This document shows positions 8,325 to 16,577 of a stretch of DNA of 53,985 bases, in pieces. The stretch's first letter is position 1, and each line of letters starts with the position of its first letter. Below the pieces are notes generated by a model. The model saw only the letters and a program-made list of their open reading frames with translations, did no database searches and was not told the origin of the DNA. The DNA is from an uncultured Candidatus Saccharibacteria bacterium. Lineage in GTDB: Bacteria; Patescibacteriota; Minisyncoccia; Phycocordibacterales; WO2-35-19. Both the position numbers and the translations under genes were made by a program. The stretch spans positions 1 to 53,985 of the forward strand of contig CAZAAO010000001.1 of NCBI GenBank assembly GCA_964483435.1, read 5' to 3'.

Positions 8325-8723
8325 TTACCAAATACTGAACAGGATTTCACCTCCAAGGTTTTCCTTCTTTGCGTCCTGATCAGCCATAATACCCTTTGGT
8401 GTTGAAAATACTGTCATACCGAAGCCCGACTTGAAAGAAGCAATGTTCTTTGCTTTTTCATAAAGGCGTCGAGAAGGCTTTGAGATGCGCTTTACATCAG
8501 TGACACGAGGAGATCCGTCTGCGTTGTAAACGAGAGTGATAGTAAGGCTCTTTGTAGCAGGAGTCTTGCCTTTCTTTGCTATTTCGCCAATAAAACCCTT
8601 TTTGTTGAGGATTTCTGCGATAGCAAGCTTCATATTAGAAAAAGGTACTGATACGCTCTCACGCCCCGCGTAACCAGCGTTTTTGATTCTTATTAGAAAA
8701 TCGGCAATTGGGTCTGTATTCAT
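8325..8723 (-). CDS. rpsH: 30S ribosomal protein S8
   Basis: DPIADFLIRIKNA N-terminus, 132 aa, operon position. Confidence 0.95.
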   Translation of the reverse strand: MNTDPIADFLIRIKNAGYAGRESVSVPFSNMKLAIAEILNKKGFIGEIAKKGKTPATKSLTITLVYNADGSPRVTDVKRISKPSRRLYEKAKNIASFKSGFGMTVFSTPKGIMADQDAKKENLGGEILFSIW

Positions 8724-8789
8724 GTTATTTCGAGCAGTTTTGAGGGAGGGGCGGATCCGTCTATAGAGCCGGATTTCGCTTCGCTCAAC

Positions 8790-8975
8790 TTACCACGATG
8801 ATTTTTTAATTCCTGGTATTCTTCCTTCGTTAGCTAGCTCTCTGAAGCAGATACGACATAGGTCAAAGTCCCCCATGTAGCTTCGGCCTCGTCCGCACTT
8901 GAAACAGCGTCGAACAACCCGAGTGCTAAACTTCGGCTTTTTAAGCGATCTTGCGATGACTGATTTCTTTGCCAT
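8790..8975 (-). CDS. rpsN: 30S ribosomal protein S14, short zinc-binding type Z
   Basis: 61 aa with CFKCGR...CRICFRELANEGRIPGIKKSSW. Confidence 0.93.
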   Translation of the reverse strand: MAKKSVIARSLKKPKFSTRVVRRCFKCGRGRSYMGDFDLCRICFRELANEGRIPGIKKSSW

Positions 8976-9054
8976 ATAAGCTTACAAAAAGGCCCTTAAT
9001 GGGCACCGCTCTACACTATCAGATATGTGTTTTGGAGTCAATATTTGATATAGA

Positions 9055-9097
9055 GTCCAAAAACGCTAACGCCGGTGGGGCCCCTGCCCCACCGGCG
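9055..9097 (-). terminator. hairpin terminator after CDS 9105..9323
   Basis: CGCCGGTGGGG CCCCTG CCCCACCGGCG (9070-9097). T-runs follow on both strands. Confidence 0.5.
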
Positions 9098-9104
9098 TTT
9101 TTAT

Positions 9105-9323
9105 TTAACTGAAGAACTCTTCCAGAACTGAGGGTTGTGGTCGGCTTTGAAATATACGATCCCACTCCTCAGCAAGTTCTTCTTTTCCAGCTTGGCGAAG
9201 TTTGTTTTCAACGGAGAATGCCGAACCTGTAGCCATTAATTCGACGATCTCGTCATCCTCTGGAAGAGCGTTTTGTACCCGACTGATAAACTCGGTCGGG
9301 TATTCCATTGGTCGTCCCATCAT
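9105..9323 (-). CDS. hypothetical small acidic protein (72 aa)
   Basis: ORF 9105-9332 trimmed to the ATG at 9323, which lies 8 nt after GAGGAGG (rc of 9332-9338). No family recognised. Confidence 0.55.
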   Translation of the reverse strand: MMGRPMEYPTEFISRVQNALPEDDEIVELMATGSAFSVENKLRQAGKEELAEEWDRIFQSRPQPSVLEEFFS

Positions 9324-9407
9324 AGGGTTCACCTCCTCATTTGAGTCTACAATATTTATTGCTACTTGTAAATATACTATTAATGTGTTATAAATTAAAT
9401 CAGAAGT

Positions 9408-9629
9408 ATGGCCATTCCAAAAAACCTCACTCCGCAGCAGTTCTTTAGAGGACTGACTTATTCCGTATTAGCGGGCCTGCTGTACGCAGACACTCGCAAA
9501 CAAGGCTTCAGCGCCGAAAGCTCCTTTCTCATATTAATCCCTTCCTTTCTATTCGCGTGGGCGATGATTCATTACATCGTCACGCCGATATTAAAATTCA
9601 CCGGCGGGAAAAGAAAGGAAACCAAATGA
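9408..9629 (+). CDS. hypothetical small membrane protein (73 aa, two hydrophobic helices)
   Basis: ORF with TGTTATAAA upstream and a GC hairpin downstream. Confidence 0.5.
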   Translation: MAIPKNLTPQQFFRGLTYSVLAGLLYADTRKQGFSAESSFLILIPSFLFAWAMIHYIVTPILKFTGGKRKETK

Positions 9630-9639
9630 TCAACACTAA

Positions 9640-9664
9640 GCCGGCGGAGCTTCGCTCCGCCGGC
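9640..9664 (+). terminator. GC hairpin after CDS 9408..9629 (weak T tail)
   Basis: GCCGGCGGAGC TTC GCTCCGCCGGC followed by AAATTGTTT. Confidence 0.4.
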
Positions 9665-9689
9665 AAATTGTTTACCTGAGATCCAAAAT

Positions 9690-10193
9690 TTAATAACAAA
9701 TTGGTACAAGTATCCCTCCGGATATTCGAAAAGTATCGGTCACGTACCCAAACAGGACAGATGTCCTTGTTTCGATGATTTGAACTCGCACCTTCTCACC
9801 TTTGATTGGAAGACGAGGAGAACGACCTGCGGAGCAGGACCTCATATCTGCTTCTACCATTACTTTATTTTGCGGAATATCATTATCACGGTGAGCTTCC
9901 GCAACATACACCGAACTCATGCCCGCTTTGGGCTCAAAATTGGAGAGTATCGTCCACATTTCCTCTCTCGCGATTTTGGACAATTGTCCCGGATTTCTAT
10001 TTTCACTTGAGTAACTATTTTCTGGGAATGGCTTGTCTTTTCTCATGAAAATAAGTGCTACCCAAATTGCAACAATCAAAAACACTAATGTATACAACAG
10101 GAAAGCGAGCTTTCTGGATTGTATATAGGCGAGCAGAGACAATATAGCCCCTACGCCAATAAAAAAGATCGAGAGATATTCAACAAAACTCAT
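9690..10193 (-). CDS. hypothetical membrane protein (two N-terminal TM helices plus a soluble domain)
   Basis: ORF 9690-10208 trimmed to the ATG at 10193 (MSFVEYLSIFFIGVGAIL...), with AAAAGGTG upstream. Confidence 0.55.
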   Translation of the reverse strand: MSFVEYLSIFFIGVGAILSLLAYIQSRKLAFLLYTLVFLIVAIWVALIFMRKDKPFPENSYSSENRNPGQLSKIAREEMWTILSNFEPKAGMSSVYVAEAHRDNDIPQNKVMVEADMRSCSAGRSPRLPIKGEKVRVQIIETRTSVLFGYVTDTFRISGGILVPICY

Positions 10194-10221
10194 TGTGCAC
10201 CTTTTCACAATTTACAATACT

Positions 10222-10262
10222 TAATAAAAACATCAAAGGACTTGCCTCGCGGCAAGTCCTTT
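10222..10262 (-). terminator. intrinsic terminator after small ORF 10270..10443
   Basis: AAAGGACTTGCC TCGC GGCAAGTCCTTT with T-runs on both strands. Confidence 0.65.
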
Positions 10263-10269
10263 TTGTTTT

Positions 10270-10443
10270 CTATTTCGAGTGCTCGGTGAACGCCCGCATC
10301 AGTGGCACCCCGACAGAAATGCCGAGCACTGCAAATGACGCACAATATCCCCAAGCCGCCACACCGGACGCTTGGTATGCGGATATACCCGCGCCAATCA
10401 CCGAAAGGAACCACACTACAAGAAATTTTTGTCTTCGTGTCAT
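10270..10443 (-). CDS. unlisted 57-aa membrane protein (below the ORF-track cutoff)
   Basis: My hand translation gives MTRRQKFLVVWFLSVIGAGISAYQASGVAAWGYCASFAVLGISVGVPLMRAFTEHSK. It has two hydrophobic helices, starts 27 nt after the hydrolase stop and ends 8 nt before the terminator hairpin. No clear SD. Confidence 0.4.
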   Translation of the reverse strand: MTRRQKFLVVWFLSVIGAGISAYQASGVAAWGYCASFAVLGISVGVPLMRAFTEHSK

Positions 10444-10470
10444 GTTGGAGAATATATCACAAATAAATAT

Positions 10471-11070
10471 TTATCCAAGAGACAAAATGTCTTCTGCCAA
10501 TTCTTCAAATTGTTCTTGGTTTATATGCTTCCTATCTTTAAATATTGTTGATTTTGATGCCGGAAACGCAAGGCGAAAGTTTTCAACCGCGCTTACAGGT
10601 ACAACAGGATCATCCTCACTGTGATATAGGAATATATTCGGGGTCTGAAGATCCAATTTGGTAGGCAGTGTGAAGCTTGCAAGAGTGTAGCCCTCTGTAT
10701 CTTTGTCGAAAACAGCACTGACCAAAAACACACCCTTTATCTTTTTTGGAAATACATTTTCACTTAGGTATTTGACGAGGAAAGCTCCGCCAAGTGAATG
10801 CCCTACCAAAATCACGTCTTCATTTAAAAATGGAAAGAGTTTTTCAAACCAGAGCTTCCACTCCGCATACTGAGCATTAGACTTGTTTGGCATTTGAGGA
10901 AGCACGACCTCGTACTCCTCCCCTAGCCGTTGACGGAGCCAAGGTTTCCAATCGTCCTTTTTGGTTGTATATCTTTCAAAATTGATCTCAAAATTTTTTA
11001 AAAAATTTAAATACGCTTCCTCTGATTCGAAAGTATCCCCACCCTGTATTACAACAACTTGTTTTTTCAT
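10471..11070 (-). CDS. alpha/beta serine hydrolase, YdeN/RBBP9-like
   Basis: 199 aa with the nucleophile elbow GHSLGG; a later D and H (HSEDDPVVP, KHINQ) fit the small serine-hydrolase fold. Confidence 0.7.
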   Translation of the reverse strand: MKKQVVVIQGGDTFESEEAYLNFLKNFEINFERYTTKKDDWKPWLRQRLGEEYEVVLPQMPNKSNAQYAEWKLWFEKLFPFLNEDVILVGHSLGGAFLVKYLSENVFPKKIKGVFLVSAVFDKDTEGYTLASFTLPTKLDLQTPNIFLYHSEDDPVVPVSAVENFRLAFPASKSTIFKDRKHINQEQFEELAEDILSLG

Positions 11071-11085
11071 TTTTTTATTGTAGCA
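11071..11085 (-). promoter_or_regulatory. extended -10 placed 6 nt from the start codon (leaderless candidate)
   Basis: The minus strand reads TGC TACAAT AAAAAA ATG. Confidence 0.45.
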
Positions 11086-11156
11086 CTCATTTTTTAATAT
11101 GCTTAGGTATCATTAACCTGATCGATTTCCGTATCCATAATGTCCATTTTAGAGTC

Positions 11157-11200
11157 GGAAAAAAAAGAATGGCCCGTGCAGCGGAAACGCTGCACGGGCC
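11157..11200 (-). terminator. intrinsic terminator after CDS 11209..12102
   Basis: GGCCCGTGCAGCG GAAA CGCTGCACGGGCC followed by a T8 tract on the minus strand. Confidence 0.8.
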
Positions 11201-11208
11201 TAGGGACA

Positions 11209-12102
11209 TCAAGAGTACTTTGCTTCGTACTCTTTCTCGTCCCAGACTTCGATATAGAATTCCTTGCCGGTAACCGGGTCGACCGCGACCAGGAACGGAT
11301 CGGGCAAGTTAATTTGTGTCCTCAACTCGTCCACGTAAAACTCTGTCGTTGGGCAGAGTTGATGGATCTGCCTCATTTTCGAAAGAGCGAAAAGAGGGAT
11401 CTCCTCGTCGTACTTACTTACCGGAATCCGTTCCCAGTAAATCTCTAATCCCTTCAACTGATCATAAGACTCGGCCACGAAGCCGTAGGAACCCAAGATG
11501 GACACCAAGTAGGTCGGCAACAGCAACCAATTGCCAAAATTGGCGGCCGCAAGACCGAGACATACTATTGGCGACCAAATAACCGCGACGAGCCCAAGAA
11601 TATTCTTAGCTCCATCGTTCTTATATTCAGAGCGTTTTTCCCAGAAGTGGTACCATACCGGCAACTGGAACACAGCGGCGCCGACAAACGATTGCCAACC
11701 GCCGATTACACCGCACAAAAACGCGGAGGCGGCAATAAGTGGCGCAATAAAATGCAGTGCAAACCACAGATTACACTCTTCAGCGCTGAGGAGAAACTTG
11801 AGCCATCCGCGCCGAACCATGGACTTCTTATATTTCGCGACCGACTCTCTCGTGTAAGCATCGATTCCTGCTTCTCTCAACGCCAGAGGAAGAGAGTTGG
11901 CTTGCTTTGCAGTTGCAACCGCCGTCTCCCGTAGAGTTTTTTCCTGGCTCACACGGGTCGAGAGCGCCTTGTAACCAAGGCGCTTCGCCGCGTACTCCGC
12001 TAGCTCCTGCGTCTCTTTTTCCAGCAACGCATTCGTTTCAGTTTCGACCGCGGTCACCTTGGCCACGACCGGTTTCTCAAGGACCAACATTCTTTTGTCC
12101 AT
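11209..12102 (-). CDS. hypothetical polytopic membrane protein (297 aa)
   Basis: Strong AGGAGG 7 nt upstream of the ATG, about 4 central TM helices, no family recognised. Confidence 0.65.
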   Translation of the reverse strand: MDKRMLVLEKPVVAKVTAVETETNALLEKETQELAEYAAKRLGYKALSTRVSQEKTLRETAVATAKQANSLPLALREAGIDAYTRESVAKYKKSMVRRGWLKFLLSAEECNLWFALHFIAPLIAASAFLCGVIGGWQSFVGAAVFQLPVWYHFWEKRSEYKNDGAKNILGLVAVIWSPIVCLGLAAANFGNWLLLPTYLVSILGSYGFVAESYDQLKGLEIYWERIPVSKYDEEIPLFALSKMRQIHQLCPTTEFYVDELRTQINLPDPFLVAVDPVTGKEFYIEVWDEKEYEAKYS

Positions 12103-12126
12103 TTAAGGACCTCCTATTCTCTTAAT

Positions 12127-12135
12127 ATTATAGCA
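12127..12135 (-). promoter_or_regulatory. extended -10 (TGCTATAAT) for CDS 11209..12102
   Basis: The minus strand reads TGCTATAAT. It would give a leader of about 18 nt that contains the AGGAGG. Confidence 0.4.
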
Positions 12136-12234
12136 TATAATCATAAATATACAAGGCTATTCCCCCCGATGATCTCAAATCCCTATTTACCAGCAAGAAC
12201 AATTCTTTGTGGCAAATAGAAAAACTCGGTGCTG

Positions 12235-12243
12235 TGTGATAAT
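12235..12243 (+). promoter_or_regulatory. extended -10 (TGTGATAAT) upstream of tRNA-Ser
   Basis: Ends 18 nt upstream of the mature tRNA 5' end. Confidence 0.35.
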
Positions 12244-12261
12244 CTATGAAAGTTAAACAAC

Positions 12262-12350
12262 GGAGAGTTGGCTGAGTGGTCGAAAGCGCCTCACTGCTAA
12301 CGAGGTAGGGGTCTTAAAGCCCCTCGAGGGTTCGAATCCCTCACTCTCCG
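12262..12350 (+). tRNA. tRNA-Ser (anticodon GCU), class II with a long variable arm
   Basis: Acceptor GGAGAGT/ACTCTCC plus G73, anticodon loop CUGCUAA, variable arm GGGGTCTTAAAGCCCC, T-arm GAGGGTTCGAATCCCTC. CCA is not encoded. Confidence 0.9.
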
Positions 12351-12423
12351 CAATGATCCGCAAGGACAGATTAGTATATCTGTCCGAGTGGATTATCATC
12401 GCGCGAGAGGAGGGATGAGAAAG

Positions 12424-12474
12424 CCGGAGCGCGGCGGCGCGAGGCGGGGTCGCGTAAATTTTCAGCAGAAAATT
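12424..12474 (+). repeat. intergenic repeat family 2, copy B
   Basis: CCGGAG-CGCGGCGGCGCGAGG-N11-AAATTTTCAGCAGAAAATT. It matches the minus strand of 3326-3393 except for a 12-nt deletion. Confidence 0.6.
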
Positions 12475-12510
12475 ATATGTGACCGAATCTCTTACTCTAA
12501 ATTATTTCTA

Positions 12511-13065
12511 ATGGCACGAACCAAAATCACATTACACCTTTCAGATGAGCAGATAAAAGTTGGTTACAATAGAACCTTGCCCGTAATGTGGTATTTTAAA
12601 GCTCAAAATCTATTAGATGCAGCAAAAATACTAGAATCCCATGACAAATTGTTCGATCAAATAAGAACTCAGAATAAATTTTCTGACACTAAATTAGATC
12701 TCATATCAGTAATTCTAATGCTTCGCGGTATGGCAATTGAGTGCTTATTAAAAGGTGCGTTAACTATTCAAGGAAAGATTAGAGTAAAAGATGGTCGTCT
12801 GGACTTAGTTGATAAGTATAAGAAGCATAATTTAGAGATAATGGCCAAAGATTTGATCGGGTTAAATTTAGAAAAGGATGAATATATTACTCTTAAAACC
12901 TTAAGTCAACAGATTACATTAGCACGCTTACCCCTTAATAAAGCTCCATCAAAAGAACAAATGACTCAAGGGGCTTGGGATTTACCTCACGATGAGGAAG
13001 TATACCTAAATATTTTGGACAAAATACTAGCACTTAACGATAAGTTGTCAGTTAAAACAGATTAA
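12511..13065 (+). CDS. hypothetical protein (184 aa), all-helical, first gene of the AT-rich island
   Basis: ORF 12388-13065 trimmed to the ATG at 12511; the upstream part is the GC-rich repeat and not protein-like. No motif I can assign securely. Confidence 0.5.
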   Translation: MARTKITLHLSDEQIKVGYNRTLPVMWYFKAQNLLDAAKILESHDKLFDQIRTQNKFSDTKLDLISVILMLRGMAIECLLKGALTIQGKIRVKDGRLDLVDKYKKHNLEIMAKDLIGLNLEKDEYITLKTLSQQITLARLPLNKAPSKEQMTQGAWDLPHDEEVYLNILDKILALNDKLSVKTD

Positions 13066-14351
13066 AGGTCCCGAAAAAGCATATCTACCGGATCTTCTTT
13101 TTGAATCTGCTGAGTCTTTAAGTCAAAAGAAAAATAATTTTCTATTTCTGTGTCTGTATCCTTATAGTGGAGAGTGTAATAAAAGAATACCTTATCTAGA
13201 TTTTTACTTAATCCTTTTGAGACAATCAAATCCCAAGGATTAAAATCGGGCACCCCACATTTTTGTACAACAACAGGATTTATTTGATATTTGCTTTGAC
13301 CATTTACTTCTATCCCCACTAAATTTACGGAACCTTCCAGAGTATAAGCGACTATTTTACCATTTTCTTCTCTAGGAATTTCTATACATTCCCCCTCTGT
13401 CACTAGATTTATCGTATATGTCTTACCATCAAAGTTTTTGATGTGTATTTTTTGTTCATCAGAATAGCTCATGCTGAAATATTTTTTTGTATCTAGATCT
13501 ACGTAATATTCCTGTACTACATAAAGACCAGCATCTCCCACTCCGTTTTTTATCCTCACTATATTTGGTAACTCTGTCTTATAAAAGATCAATTGTTTAT
13601 CCGTGTATATATTTCTCACAAGATCTTGAATCAGAATTTCCGAAGCCCCAAGCCTACTATAAATTATGTTTAATATGCGATCGGATCTTTCTTCATAAGT
13701 CAGTTTTATATCTTTATATTGAAATGTTTCCGAACCTTCTACATCACTAGTCTGAGGTTCTATAGTCTTAAAAGTTAAAAGCATTTCCTTTAATACACTT
13801 TCATCTGATCCGCTGACAGCACCGAAATTGAATACCTTGCCATTATTTATCAATATGTAATGAGTGGGAGCCAACAAACCATCCCCTAGATATCTGGTCC
13901 ATTTATTATTTCCAATTTCTACAATTTTTGAGGGTTCTATATAATCTTTATATTGAGAATCTAAGTTATTGAAGAAGATATCAAAAGCTGGTATTTCTGG
14001 ATTACATCTTCCTCCTGGTTTGCAATTTTCTTCTGCAGTTTTATTTGTCTCTGCTGATATAAATACAGGCGACTTAAAGTAATCATCTATTTTAGCGATC
14101 CACCCCGGAGGTAGCTTTATCTCAAATCCATACTCCTCATTTCTATAAGTTTTCCATCCTGCAGTCTCGTCACTCACAGTAAGGTTTTGAGTACGCAATA
14201 TGTCGGCCTCTTTAAGGAAAGAACTGAAGACGAACCATCCACTCACCACGATCACCAAGATCAATGCGACAGAAATAAGAATATTTTTGTACTTTTGCCA
14301 AAAAGTTGGAGTTGAAGCTGCTATAGGCGTAAAGTTTTGATCGTTTTCCAT
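13062..14351 (-). CDS. hypothetical signal-anchored extracytoplasmic protein (429 aa)
   Basis: The N-terminus MENDQNFTP...FWQKYKNILISVALILVIVVSGWF is shared with the upstream paralogue. AT-rich codon usage. Confidence 0.7.
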   Translation of the reverse strand: MENDQNFTPIAASTPTFWQKYKNILISVALILVIVVSGWFVFSSFLKEADILRTQNLTVSDETAGWKTYRNEEYGFEIKLPPGWIAKIDDYFKSPVFISAETNKTAEENCKPGGRCNPEIPAFDIFFNNLDSQYKDYIEPSKIVEIGNNKWTRYLGDGLLAPTHYILINNGKVFNFGAVSGSDESVLKEMLLTFKTIEPQTSDVEGSETFQYKDIKLTYEERSDRILNIIYSRLGASEILIQDLVRNIYTDKQLIFYKTELPNIVRIKNGVGDAGLYVVQEYYVDLDTKKYFSMSYSDEQKIHIKNFDGKTYTINLVTEGECIEIPREENGKIVAYTLEGSVNLVGIEVNGQSKYQINPVVVQKCGVPDFNPWDLIVSKGLSKNLDKVFFYYTLHYKDTDTEIENYFSFDLKTQQIQKEDPVDMLFRDL

Positions 14352-14353
14352 AT
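14233..14353. repeat. near-identical 5' gene segment shared with 16051-16166
   Basis: About 75 nt plus 27 nt are almost identical at the DNA level between the two gene starts. The rest of the genes is unrelated. Confidence 0.8.
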
Positions 14354-14355
14354 AT

Positions 14356-16164
14356 TTATTTATTAACTCCTCCCCATTCGACTAGGGTAAACCCTTTTCG
14401 ATTCAATTTTTCAAGCAATTGAGGACTCGGTGCAACTTGAGGTATTTGATCAATAGGCTCCCAATCAAGAAACACACGGAACACGGTATCCGGTTTTGGA
14501 TTAACTTCCATAGGGACAAACTTTTCCATATCTTTAGTTTGAAAGAAAGAAATTTTGAAATAAGGAGAATTTTTCGCCTTGAGTTTTGGAATCCAATATT
14601 CAAGAAAATCATTTTTTTCTCTGTCATTTAATCCCATTTCAGACAGAGTCTTGCTCAAAAAACTTTCCACTTCATCTTTCTTTACAATCCAACCTTCATC
14701 AGTGTGTGGATATAAGTTTGTGGTATATCCCGCCCAATATATGTAAGGATAAGTATTTTTTATACACGCTTCCTTTGCATATTCTGATCCAGGCAGTTTT
14801 GTATTTAACTCCTCGCAATTGGTTTTTTCCGGTTGAAGGTCGATAAGGGTTCCATCCGGATTGGCTGACACTTTCCAGCCGCCATCATACTTCGGAATAT
14901 CAACACTAAACACCATTGCGTTTGTAAACTTTATCGAAACGTCTGTAGTCTTCTCCGGATAAAGGTATATAACTGGCTTACCACAACCACCACCTGTTTG
15001 ATATTCCCACTCACCAAGCGCAAGCCACCTTCCTAGATCATCCTTCAAAATAATTACTGGATTTTTAGACACATACGCATCATATGTCGGAGGTTCAATA
15101 TCGTTAAGAGTTGCAAACATAGATTTCCATTCGGTTACCTTGCTTTCGTATTGATCCTTGTATATAGGATGATTTTTGTCTTTCAAAACAAATACTTCCA
15201 GCCCTCTTTTAGTTTTACCGATCAAAGAAAGTTCATCTTTTTTGATATTTTTTAGAACAAAAGAAACGCCAATTTGCCCGCATCCCCCAGGAATCAATTG
15301 GCCATATTTTTTATAAATTGGTTCAGAAGTTGAGATGTCAATATCTTTATAAAAGTCATACTCGTAATAATTTTCTTTGTTTTTAGCTCTTTCCTCCCAT
15401 TCCGATGTTTCTAAGTTGTAACTTGCAGCTAAGCCGTATTTATCGATGGCGTATATCCTAGAATTACCTTCAATGTAGTTTTCTGTTTTTTTTATTCCAT
15501 TGCTAAAATAATCTGATCGATCAGTGTGGAAATCCAATCCGGGCACAGTACCTGCAAGCTTCGTAGTCGTAGAAAATACCGGACTTAGATCGTATTCGGA
15601 TTTCGTAAGGGTGAAATTGTTTAATTTTATAGTCTTTGGAAAGGCTGGCTCAATGTCACCCATCTCTCTGATTTTACTTTTATCCAGCGTTTGTTCTTGA
15701 TAGTACTCTTCTGATCCTCTATCTAATACAAATTGCTTGTAGTCTTTGGTAGCAAAAAAGAATATTACATTTCGCGAACCCAGCTCTCCATAATCGGCAC
15801 TTGCCGCTATACGGTGATAACCTGAATATTTTCCAGACTCGATCGTGCCGTCATCCTTGTATTTGACTGTTGGAACAACGACATACTGACTTCCATTATC
15901 AACATATCGGAAAAGATCGTATTGATCATTCGGTACAGGTTTTATTTCATCTTTCGAAGTCGGAGATTGATCATTGTTTACGATTTTATAGACACTTGTA
16001 TTCGAATCAGAATTTGCTGCTGAGTTATTTTTATTGGATGTTTGAAACAAAAACCACCCACTCACCACGATCACCAAGATCAATGCGACAGAAATGAAAA
16101 TATTTTTGTACTTTTGCCAAAAAGTTGGAGTAGGAACAGGAGTAAAGTTTTGATCGTTTTCCAT
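14356..16164 (-). CDS. hypothetical signal-anchored extracytoplasmic protein (602 aa)
   Basis: Same N-terminal anchor as 13062..14351. Cys-containing motifs GGCGQIGVSF and GGGCGKPVIYLYP. No family named. Confidence 0.7.
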   Translation of the reverse strand: MENDQNFTPVPTPTFWQKYKNIFISVALILVIVVSGWFLFQTSNKNNSAANSDSNTSVYKIVNNDQSPTSKDEIKPVPNDQYDLFRYVDNGSQYVVVPTVKYKDDGTIESGKYSGYHRIAASADYGELGSRNVIFFFATKDYKQFVLDRGSEEYYQEQTLDKSKIREMGDIEPAFPKTIKLNNFTLTKSEYDLSPVFSTTTKLAGTVPGLDFHTDRSDYFSNGIKKTENYIEGNSRIYAIDKYGLAASYNLETSEWEERAKNKENYYEYDFYKDIDISTSEPIYKKYGQLIPGGCGQIGVSFVLKNIKKDELSLIGKTKRGLEVFVLKDKNHPIYKDQYESKVTEWKSMFATLNDIEPPTYDAYVSKNPVIILKDDLGRWLALGEWEYQTGGGCGKPVIYLYPEKTTDVSIKFTNAMVFSVDIPKYDGGWKVSANPDGTLIDLQPEKTNCEELNTKLPGSEYAKEACIKNTYPYIYWAGYTTNLYPHTDEGWIVKKDEVESFLSKTLSEMGLNDREKNDFLEYWIPKLKAKNSPYFKISFFQTKDMEKFVPMEVNPKPDTVFRVFLDWEPIDQIPQVAPSPQLLEKLNRKGFTLVEWGGVNK

Positions 16165-16166
16165 AT
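16051..16166. repeat. near-identical 5' gene segment shared with 14233-14353
   Basis: See 14233-14353. Confidence 0.8.
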
Positions 16167-16246
16167 AGAGAGATTATTGTATGTCCTAATTGTAAAACAC
16201 ATTCACTTTTTTTAAAGGAATAGCGAGAGTACCAAAAGAGCCGATT

Positions 16247-16261
16247 TGCTATAATGGTGTC
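16247..16261 (+). promoter_or_regulatory. extended -10 placed 6 nt from the start codon (leaderless candidate)
   Basis: TGC TATAAT GGTGTC ATG. Confidence 0.5.
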
Positions 16262-16549
16262 ATGAAGTCACTTACATCTAGCCCTGCGTTTATATTTGGA
16301 GTCGTAATATTAGTGTTTATCGTCGGAGGTATACTCTACATCTACAACCCCACCCCGACTGAAGTTGGCGACACATCAGGCGGAGTAGTGTGCACCATGG
16401 AAGCCAAGCTCTGCCCAGACGGGAGCTATGTAGGTCGAAGCGGACCAAATTGCGAATTTGCACCTTGCCCAATACCACCTGGTACAAAAATGGAAGACGG
16501 CACTCCGTCTCAGGCTTCAAGCACGGCTCCTGTAGAATTTTTTAATTAG
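16262..16549 (+). CDS. small signal-anchored Cys-rich protein (95 aa)
   Basis: N-terminal TM helix FIFGVVILVFIVGGILYIY, then CTMEAKLCPDGSYVGRSGPNCEFAPCP. Confidence 0.6.
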   Translation: MKSLTSSPAFIFGVVILVFIVGGILYIYNPTPTEVGDTSGGVVCTMEAKLCPDGSYVGRSGPNCEFAPCPIPPGTKMEDGTPSQASSTAPVEFFN

Positions 16550-16577
16550 GCAAGATGCTCGTTTTGCTAATGTTTGA

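Noticed and set aside
10193-10624. ORFs 10193-10624(+) and 10205-10414(-).
   Set aside because: Both run through the 10235-10262 terminator hairpin and overlap better-supported minus-strand genes (the hydrolase and the 57-aa ORF). Neither has an RBS.
12388-12510. Upstream 41 codons of ORF 12388..13065 (MDYHRARGGMRKPERGGARRGRV...).
   Set aside because: These codons are encoded by the GC-rich intergenic repeat (family 2 copy B) right after tRNA-Ser. The Arg/Gly-rich translation is a by-product of that repeat. The AT-rich coding region begins at the ATG at 12511.
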